From: a virus
Lineage: Duplodnaviria > Caudoviricetes
DNA: 64,000 bases
Direction: 5' to 3' (one strand)
Virus record (IMG/VR): IMGVR_UViG_3300028833_000118
Span: 1-64,000 of that record
Shown one piece after another: positions 57,445 through 64,000 of the stretch. Position 1 is the stretch's first letter, and the number at the start of each line of letters is the position of its first letter. The notes under the pieces were generated by a model. That model was not told the DNA's origin. It worked only from the letters and a program-made list of their open reading frames with translations, and did not search any database. A program made the translations under genes and the position numbers.

Positions 57445-58476
57445 TTAAGAATAGCTACATTCAAATCCATTTTCTGAATAACGGATATCGGTTATTCGCT
57501 CAACGTGCAAAGCCGTTTCTTGTCTCGTTTTTACAAAAAATCCATGTGGTATGTTTATATAGCACTTCTCTTTTTTATCTGTTGGCAATTCCTCAATAAA
57601 TGCCATATGATCTGACAAACGCTTGTCGATAACGGCATTAAGGTCAGCCAAGCGAGAATTTATATACTCTTCTGCAAGTGCTGTTATATCTGCCGAAATC
57701 TCAACTCCAATACTGTTTCTTTGAGCAGCCATACATGCAAGCGTGGTTGTTCCCATCCCACAAAAAGGATCCAAAATAATATCGCCTTTTACAGAATACA
57801 TATTTATCAAACGATACGGAATATCAAAAGGGAATGATGCATTTCGTGTTCTTTCTGCATTCTTTTTTGCGATTTGTTGAGATGTTCCTTTAATATCCCA
57901 CAAATCTGAAAACCACACGTTTCTTTCTTCCCAAAAATAAGCGCTCTCTTGCCGAGCTTTTTTGGAATCCCCATTAAAAACACGCTTGTTCCCTTTCCTG
58001 AAAATCAAGATGTATTCATGTTCATAAGTAACATACGCTCCCGCAGGATACATTCCTGATCCCATAAACTTATTGGGGGCGTTTGACTGCTTTCTCCAAT
58101 GAATATCAGGAAGAACAGTATATCCCATCTTCAAAAAAGACTGAATAATTCTTGAATGATTAGAAAAAAGTGCAAATGAACCGTCTATAGTTCTTGTAGC
58201 ATCTCCAATGTTTATGCAAACAAAACCATTATCTATCAAAACGCGGTCGCACTCTTTCCATACTTCATCAAGAACACGATGCATTTTCTCAAAAGCCTCA
58301 TAGCAAGCACCAGAGTGTAGAGCATCAGAAATTGTATTATCTTGTGAAGCGAACTGCTCATCCCACATTTCTATCATCGGATAAGGCGGAGAAGTCACCA
58401 CAAGATGTAAAGAATTATCTGGAATACAACTAATAGCGTTAGCATTCATGTTGAGAATCTTGTGTGTTGTTTTCAT
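57445..58476 (-). CDS. N4-cytosine/N6-adenine DNA methyltransferase (beta type)
   Basis: VVTSPPY before DPFCGMGTT; ATG 58476 with GAAAGGGA RBS; AT-richer than the flanks. Confidence 0.92.
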   Translation of the reverse strand: MKTTHKILNMNANAISCIPDNSLHLVVTSPPYPMIEMWDEQFASQDNTISDALHSGACYEAFEKMHRVLDEVWKECDRVLIDNGFVCINIGDATRTIDGSFALFSNHSRIIQSFLKMGYTVLPDIHWRKQSNAPNKFMGSGMYPAGAYVTYEHEYILIFRKGNKRVFNGDSKKARQESAYFWEERNVWFSDLWDIKGTSQQIAKKNAERTRNASFPFDIPYRLINMYSVKGDIILDPFCGMGTTTLACMAAQRNSIGVEISADITALAEEYINSRLADLNAVIDKRLSDHMAFIEELPTDKKEKCYINIPHGFFVKTRQETALHVERITDIRYSENGFECSYS

Positions 58477-58542
58477 TGGGAAATCCCTTTCTGCGTTCAT
58501 TTTTCCCATTCGGTCTGACAGACAACAGAACCGCTTGCCCCA

Positions 58543-58968
58543 TTACCACTCTCTCACTTTCTGGTGCAACGTCTCTGCTCCATCATAATCGTCAATGACA
58601 TATTCCATGCCATCCGGGATCTCTACCACAACCAGATTCGACACATTTGAACTCGCCTTATCTCCGAGCTCTTCCACCACCTCTACCAAGACCGGATCTT
58701 CCCTATAATCATCTCTCAGAACCAACGCATATTTCTCATAATCATCATTACCGATCTCTACATTTTCCCCGAAATCCCTTGTGAAATACTGCACCCACAT
58801 ATTATCATTCTCACAATCATCCGCCTTTTTGTATCTCACCCGGCTAAATCCGGACACATAATCCATTATATATGGATAGACCTCAATTCCTTTCTTTTTG
58901 GCATACAACCTATACGCCTCCACAGAAGGGTGAAACCCACCATAACACTTATTCAATATTACCTTCAC
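58543..58968 (-). CDS. Conserved phage hypothetical protein
   Basis: MKVILNKCYGGF...REDPVLVEVVEELG...YDGAE. Confidence 0.75.
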   Translation of the reverse strand: MKVILNKCYGGFHPSVEAYRLYAKKKGIEVYPYIMDYVSGFSRVRYKKADDCENDNMWVQYFTRDFGENVEIGNDDYEKYALVLRDDYREDPVLVEVVEELGDKASSNVSNLVVVEIPDGMEYVIDDYDGAETLHQKVREW

Positions 58969-59000
58969 ACCAATTCTCCTTTACTCACATCAACAACAGA

Positions 59001-59537
59001 TTAAAAAATATCATAAGATCCGAGCTTTGCAAAAAGCTCTCCAACTTCCGGCATTTTTGAGCTCGTTCTTGTCACGCCATCATAGGCTACTCTCTGTGTT
59101 GACCCATCTTTATTCAAAACATCTACCCACATTCCATCTACGGCAATAACAACGCCGAACATACTGCGAACTTTCACAACATCTCCAACCTTGAAATTGC
59201 TTTCCTCATCATACTTTTTGATTGCCTCAATCGCATCTTCTGGCTTTACGCTCCGAAGCATCTCCCAAAGATTCCCCGTTCCATCCTTCAAGATGGCATG
59301 ACGTACAGGCCAATCCTCTTCCACGATCCGAATCGCGGCATTCCACGCATCATTCAGGCCCTTCTTATATACATCCGAATTTACCGCAACATCCACGATC
59401 AATTCATCAGCGGCCTGTCTCAGAACATCCGGCAGATCCACGGGAACTTCCCAAATGTTTCCCTCGGCCCAATCTGCATACTCCCGGCACTTTTCAACCA
59501 ACTCTTCAATATTCATCGTCTCATCTGCCATATTCAT
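59001..59537 (-). CDS. Hypothetical protein
   Basis: Packed ORF. Confidence 0.6.
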   Translation of the reverse strand: MNMADETMNIEELVEKCREYADWAEGNIWEVPVDLPDVLRQAADELIVDVAVNSDVYKKGLNDAWNAAIRIVEEDWPVRHAILKDGTGNLWEMLRSVKPEDAIEAIKKYDEESNFKVGDVVKVRSMFGVVIAVDGMWVDVLNKDGSTQRVAYDGVTRTSSKMPEVGELFAKLGSYDIF

Positions 59538-59784
59538 CCCCCCACTTCTTCATCTCTGCCAATGCGACCGCCACTTTATTCTGACACTCAGAACACAAAA
59601 TCACATGATTTTTATCATCCATACTGTGCCGAAACGGCACCATCTCCAACTCCCACCAATCGCTTTTTAGTCCAGACTCTACGAACGCCTCTCTCCCACA
59701 CAATTCGCAGGTTAACCAATATCCTTCCTTCTTCATGCACTCTTCCTCCATTCCTCGTGTAACCTCTTCTGCTCTTCGATCCAA
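59521..59784 (-). CDS. Small zinc-binding protein
   Basis: CELCG...LCSEC. Confidence 0.55.
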   Translation of the reverse strand: MDRRAEEVTRGMEEECMKKEGYWLTCELCGREAFVESGLKSDWWELEMVPFRHSMDDKNHVILCSECQNKVAVALAEMKKWGDEYGR

Positions 59785-59930
59785 TCATCATCAACATCCT
59801 TATAACACTTGATCCCATGATTGCAGACCACACAGAGCTTCGCCCCATTATACTTGTTGATAATCCTCCACCCATTCTTTCCATACGAAACCGCATGGCA
59901 ATTCGGGCACACATTAACCATCTTTACCAC
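59733..59930 (-). CDS. Small zinc-binding protein
   Basis: CPNC...CVVC. Confidence 0.55.
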   Translation of the reverse strand: MVKMVNVCPNCHAVSYGKNGWRIINKYNGAKLCVVCNHGIKCYKDVDDDWIEEQKRLHEEWRKSA

Positions 59931-60511
59931 CCCATGAAAAGCATGGACTTATTGTCCCAATCAAAGGTCTTATAGATCCTAACCAAATCGAAAAACGTGT
60001 GTTCATACAACCAAGAATGTACCAAATTATCATGTTCCATATTGAGGTCAGCCGGGCCATACTCCCACCATCTCAGATAATCTTTTGCATTCTCAATCAA
60101 CCTATCCAACTGCGGTCTTGAATCCCATTCCCGGGCAGATTTTTCTCTAAGCAGATCTCTATACATCTCAATGATGTGATTTCTCTGCCACTCAATCGCA
60201 CATAAAACCCCTTCTGGATCAAGAACGATTGCGCCATAGTCTCTGTAATACTCATTCAACTCCTCAGATGTGAACAGACTATCTCCATGCTTGTACATCT
60301 CATCCGAATTCTCATAATACTTCCCGAACTCAAAGAGCTCATCCCCGATATGATGAAGCGACACATAATAATGTTCATTGAACGGATCATACTCCACGAT
60401 GTCATTCCGGAACTTCTGCATGTTCTTGATGAATTCTTCATTGGTCTTGCATTTTCTGATCTCATCGACCAACCATGTATCTACCGAATAAAGGTACTGC
60501 CTATAACCCAT
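59924..60511 (-). CDS. Hypothetical protein
   Basis: Packed ORF. Confidence 0.65.
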   Translation of the reverse strand: MGYRQYLYSVDTWLVDEIRKCKTNEEFIKNMQKFRNDIVEYDPFNEHYYVSLHHIGDELFEFGKYYENSDEMYKHGDSLFTSEELNEYYRDYGAIVLDPEGVLCAIEWQRNHIIEMYRDLLREKSAREWDSRPQLDRLIENAKDYLRWWEYGPADLNMEHDNLVHSWLYEHTFFDLVRIYKTFDWDNKSMLFMGW

Positions 60512-60774
60512 TATTCCATCAACCCTTCCTTCGTATCTGCGATTTTTACGATCCTCCCCGTCTTATCTTCCTGCTTGATCCATACCAACGGCGTATAACA
60601 CGCAAACATGGTTCTTGATTCCTCATCCTCTGCCAATAACTTCAAGAGAGAAACAACACATTCTTTATACTGCTTCTTTGATTTGCAATAATGATCTATC
60701 AACCTTTCCCCTTGAAAAAAGTTGTACAGATCCAATATTGCCTTGTGATACCCTCCAGAGTAGTTGTCTAACAT
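60511..60774 (-). CDS. Hypothetical protein
   Basis: Packed ORF. Confidence 0.55.
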   Translation of the reverse strand: MLDNYSGGYHKAILDLYNFFQGERLIDHYCKSKKQYKECVVSLLKLLAEDEESRTMFACYTPLVWIKQEDKTGRIVKIADTKEGLME

Positions 60775-61157
60775 AAGCCAAGCTTCTCCGCCAACATCTG
60801 AGTCCTTGTATCAATTGCGATTTTTCTTGCAACATCTCTATCTCTGGCTACTATTTTGGCATAAAACTCATTACCATATCGAAAACCGAAATAATTCTCA
60901 TACTTATCATCAAACGTCCATTCCTCATCCCCCTCAGAAATATCTCCATTTTCTAAAATGCAGAAATTCCAGACTCTTCTTGGCTCTCCTACAACAATAT
61001 CATCTTCGGTATCATACACTTCTATGCGTGGTTCATCGCTCCAACTCTCTGACCTCGAATACCATTTTCTAAGGAGCTCTGCCCTGTCAGGGTCAACCGC
61101 GACAGCATTAATATGATAATCCGAATAACGACCGCTTGTAATTACATATACTTTCAT
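60768..61157 (-). CDS. Hypothetical protein
   Basis: VYVITSGRYSDYHI motif. Confidence 0.65.
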   Translation of the reverse strand: MKVYVITSGRYSDYHINAVAVDPDRAELLRKWYSRSESWSDEPRIEVYDTEDDIVVGEPRRVWNFCILENGDISEGDEEWTFDDKYENYFGFRYGNEFYAKIVARDRDVARKIAIDTRTQMLAEKLGLC

Positions 61158-61366
61158 TTTCCTTCCTCCCCAAACACCGACTCGATGTATGCTTTCAATT
61201 CCTCTTCATCCCATGATCCGACAGGCTCCGAACTCGGCATAAAGCCGAATACGCCATCATCTTCCCACCATTCTTCGCCACACCATACTCCCGGCAAATC
61301 TCTCATAACGATCCTCCCTAAATGGTCTGTTGGGAGAGCCCCGCCGTGCCTGACGGGAACGATCAA
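61154..61366 (-). CDS. Hypothetical protein
   Basis: Packed ORF. Confidence 0.45.
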   Translation of the reverse strand: MIVPVRHGGALPTDHLGRIVMRDLPGVWCGEEWWEDDGVFGFMPSSEPVGSWDEEELKAYIESVFGEEGK

Positions 61367-61489
61367 CCTTTACTGATACCATAAGCCCATCACTCAAGAC
61401 TCTCTTCTAATAACGCCTGACATACGATCCAGACGGTCGGCCTACTCTCTCAGATATTTCTTTGACCGCTTGCACTACTCTCCCAACAA

Positions 61490-61574
61490 TGGTGCGCAAG
61501 GCGAGGTTCGAACTCGCACACCTTTCGGTATCTGATTTTAAGTCAGATGCGTCTACCTATTCCGCCACTCGCGC
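61490..61574 (-). tRNA. tRNA-Leu(TAA), CCA encoded
   Basis: GCGCGAG/CTTGCGC acceptor, TCTGA-CTTAAAA-TCAGA anticodon arm, long variable arm. Confidence 0.93.
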
Positions 61575-61808
61575 ATAGAACGGGACATTGTTGCCATTCA
61601 TCTTGCCATCGACTTCTGGCGGCTGGTGTTAGTCCCATTTACCAGCACTTCCCTCCTCAACGGGCGAGGTGTCCGGGATTCTTAAAGATACGTACCTGAC
61701 CTTTTGGGTGTCGCATCACCCTCACCGCCATATGCGACAGGCGGAGGCTTAATTCAACGGGCTTTCATCAGAGGTGCAACCCTAACCCTCACAGACCCTA
61801 GGCCCTGT

Positions 61809-61893
61809 TGGTACTCCCGGAGGGGCTCGAACCCTCACACCTCTCGGCACAGCATTTTGAGCGCTACGTGTCTACCAATTCCACCACGGGAGC
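61809..61893 (-). tRNA. tRNA-Leu(CAA), CCA encoded
   Basis: GCTCCCG/CGGGAGT acceptor, loop CTCAAAA, long variable arm. Confidence 0.92.
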
Positions 61894-62250
61894 ATATAGT
61901 TTGTTCCGACACTTCTTTGCCAAATCTGAGCTCGGAACCGGGCGGGCAGAACCCCTCCATAGAGGTAACAAAGACCCGATCCGGATTTACTTTCTCACTC
62001 ATCGTCCTCCGGTAAGGCGACTTTTTCGGAGTGAAAGCTACTCCCACCGATTCGATGATTCCCCAATCGATGCTAGGGGGGCTTATCTCGTTGCGCACCG
62101 ACACATAAGCCAAGTGTTTTTCCACGGTAAAAGCGGGCAATAGAAACCCGTGGCATCGGGCATTTACAGCTACCCTCAGTTTTGGATAACCATCTGTAAA
62201 TGGATTACCCTCCCCTCAGCAACAAGGGGTTTTATCAACACCCACTATCA

Positions 62251-62325
62251 TGGTGGGCCCTCCGGGGGTCGAACCCGGGCAACACAGATTATGAGTCTGC
62301 CGCTCTTCCTCTGAGCTAAGGGCCC
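62251..62325 (-). tRNA. tRNA with CAT anticodon, most likely Ile2 (lysidine type)
   Basis: G1-C72 pair and no GGG/CCC anticodon stem exclude the initiator; C4-G69 and C5-G68 match TilS determinants. Confidence 0.85.
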
Positions 62326-62634
62326 TCATTCCAACATCTTATATAAAGTGCCTGTCTTGTTTGGTCTGCGGCACCCACAGAATGGCACTTACACGGCACA
62401 AGACAACCGTTTCCGTACACGCCGACAACCTCTGTACGGTGAGGCTTTATCCTCAAAGACCTCCGAACAACTTTGAGGCACTTGTAGCGGAAGGTGTATC
62501 CGGGCCGCACAGTAGCCCTTCGTCTCCACGTCCAGACCTACGGTTTACGCTGTTTTAAGGTATCATCCGATTATTAATTTCTCCCACCCCATAGGGCACA
62601 GCGGCAGGTTTTTCTTGAAATCATCAACACTTCT

Positions 62635-63051
62635 TCATGCCACTCGCACCAGACCGGCACCAGATCCGAGCCGAAAACCGATACTGCCAAACTCAGAACA
62701 ATCCGGCATATCATAATTGATCGTGTACGTCATAACGATCTTGTCCTTGATATCCTCATGATCCATCTCCCACTCTTCGGGATAATCGCTCACATAGAGT
62801 AAACTGTCCATCTTCCCGAACGAGGTGAACGCCCGAACGACCATATACACCAGAGCATTATTCTCTTTCTCAAACTCCTTGATCTTCTCAGCAAGCTCCG
62901 GCTCAGGATCATACACGGCCCCAAACGGAGGCTCATTCACAAACACCTTGTTCTGGCGGCGAAACGCCTCTTTCGCGCGGCCCCAATATCCGAGCTCCTT
63001 CATACGCCCGATAGCTTCAACCTTTTTCTCTTCACGGCTCACATTCATCAT
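62635..63051 (-). CDS. Hypothetical protein
   Basis: ORF with RBS; ends upstream of the tRNA cluster. Confidence 0.65.
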   Translation of the reverse strand: MMNVSREEKKVEAIGRMKELGYWGRAKEAFRRQNKVFVNEPPFGAVYDPEPELAEKIKEFEKENNALVYMVVRAFTSFGKMDSLLYVSDYPEEWEMDHEDIKDKIVMTYTINYDMPDCSEFGSIGFRLGSGAGLVRVA

Positions 63052-63062
63052 TCAACCCCTCC

Positions 63063-63326
63063 TCAATGTTCGGTTCCATATCCGACAACTCTTTCTCCAT
63101 CTCCGACAATGACCATCTTCAACGGATCTTTTACATCATGCCACTTCCCATAGAACGAAACCTCGACCGGCGCTTCCCCGAATCCATTGATCTTCCACAG
63201 ATCGATCCCGATTCCGCCGGGGACACAATCAGCCATGTCCATCATTCCGAAAATCTCATTTTCCGTCATCACCCGGGAGAACTCTTCATCATCCTCACCA
63301 TAGATTCCATTCACTAAATACCTCAT
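63063..63326 (-). CDS. Hypothetical protein
   Basis: First ORF after the 63423 promoter. Confidence 0.6.
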   Translation of the reverse strand: MRYLVNGIYGEDDEEFSRVMTENEIFGMMDMADCVPGGIGIDLWKINGFGEAPVEVSFYGKWHDVKDPLKMVIVGDGERVVGYGTEH

Positions 63327-63422
63327 TCTCCCACCTCACTTTCATTTCACAGGGGACGGGGCGTGAGTCCGTTCGCGCCGCTGGCCTAATGGGGAATGCG
63401 TTTCCCGTCCCCTACGCTCTGA

Positions 63423-63476
63423 ATTATATAGGTTTTCCAACCTTATTTCAATTGACATTGTACACGTATTTTCGTG
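63423..63476 (-). promoter_or_regulatory. sigmaA promoter with upstream CACG-N6-CGTG site
   Basis: TTGAAA-17-TATAAT; palindrome at 63463-63476, 11 nt upstream of the -35. Confidence 0.75.
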
Positions 63477-63501
63477 ACCATTTTCGTTTACGTTGAACGT
63501 C

Positions 63502-63705
63502 TTACCTCCAATTCTTCACGATCTTAGAAACTTCAAGGACCTCATAATCTTCGGCATCATGGCTATGCCACTCCCTCACACGATCAACCGCATGCTGAGT
63601 ATTCATTGCCCAAACATACTCATCATAATTGTTCATCCCCGAATCCTGACCATACACACGATACTGCTTGAGGGCATTCATTTCTTTTTCCATCTTATTC
63701 ATCAC
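63502..63705 (-). CDS. Hypothetical protein
   Basis: Packed ORF. Confidence 0.55.
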   Translation of the reverse strand: MMNKMEKEMNALKQYRVYGQDSGMNNYDEYVWAMNTQHAVDRVREWHSHDAEDYEVLEVSKIVKNWR

Positions 63706-64000
63706 TCCACCTCTCCAAGAATGAACTCCACAGCCTTATCTGCCTTACCCGCCGCTGCAACGATCAGGGTTGGATCACCCTTGATCGCCTTTGTCCATCC
63801 ATCCAGATAGGCGGCAGAATTCCGAAAACTGTACTTGCTCTCGACTCCACATTTTCCACAAAGAGCAGCCGCACCGAGCTCGGCAATCAGCTCTTCCTTT
63901 CCATAATCCTCGCCACCGAACGCCGCCACAAGGCCGCTCTCTTTGAAACGTCCCAGGCGGCTCCAATGTCCGGTCGAATGCGTCATTTCATGAAACAGAG
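63702..64000 (-). CDS. ardC: ArdC-type antirestriction protein, C-terminal zincin domain (5' end outside the window)
   Basis: Frame reads LFHEMTHSTGH..RL.R...YGKEELIAELGAA...SAAYLDGW. Confidence 0.8.
   Translation of the reverse strand, partial: LFHEMTHSTGHWSRLGRFKESGLVAAFGGEDYGKEELIAELGAAALCGKCGVESKYSFRNSAAYLDGWTKAIKGDPTLIVAAAGKADKAVEFILGEVE

Noticed and set aside
61765-61771. CTGATGA on the minus strand as a hammerhead ribozyme core
   Set aside because: No stem II followed by GAAA and no matching stems I/III nearby.
61704-62558. ORFs 61835-62140 (-), 62316-62510 (-), 61704-62015 (+), 61808-62143 (+), 62361-62558 (+)
   Set aside because: Most overlap tRNA genes, none has a convincing RBS or protein-like motif, and the region is better explained as structured RNA.
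61575-62634. Assignment as GOLLD or ROOL RNA
   Set aside because: Context fits, but I cannot verify the consensus from memory and each spacer is shorter than those RNAs; left as an unassigned candidate.
72-63810. Numerous plus-strand ORFs, some 200-320 aa (e.g. 9949-10908, 24736-25671, 48961-49749)
   Set aside because: All are antisense to well-supported minus-strand genes, have Ile/Leu/Phe/Ser/His-rich shadow composition from the purine-rich coding strand, and show no RBS or motifs.
1-64000. Stop-codon recoding, CRISPR array, DGR, integrase/att site, IS element
   Set aside because: Genes are full length in the standard code and no suppressor tRNA is present; no direct-repeat/spacer array, reverse transcriptase, recombinase or transposase is seen.

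Overview
This window is a continuous piece of a tailed dsDNA phage genome with siphovirus-type tail genes. The host is probably a Bacillota/Clostridia bacterium, inferred from sigmaA-type promoters, GGAGG ribosome-binding sites and gene families. Essentially all genes are on the minus strand; the long plus-strand ORFs are shadows. Reading in transcription direction (64000 to 1): (i) about 60 small early/middle genes, including an ArdC-type metallopeptidase (truncated at the window edge), two DNA methyltransferases, an RlaP-like nucleotidyltransferase beside an RNA-ligase-like gene, YopX, ParB-like, ADP-ribosylglycohydrolase, SSB, Lar-like and an HTH protein, plus three tRNAs; (ii) a late region with two more tRNAs, a ParB-glycosyltransferase pair, terminase, a portal fused to a Nudix domain, a short MuF, DUF2213 scaffold/protease, DUF2184 major capsid, neck, tail tube, chaperones, tape measure and baseplate genes. 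The most striking observation is a set of nine genes (about 12 kb) interleaved with the packaging/head genes. They share an Arg-rich N-terminal leader ending in R-[M/L/F]-D, followed by unrelated enzyme cargoes (ADP-ribosyltransferases, a RelA/SpoT-type synthetase, a zincin, GNAT-like, DUF3626-like). Several have a small downstream partner gene, three of which carry their own sigmaA promoter. I infer a capsid-targeted, protease-matured, polymorphic effector system that is not fused to MuF. No integrase, lysis genes or CRISPR array are visible. All family assignments come from motif recognition by eye; no database search was run.
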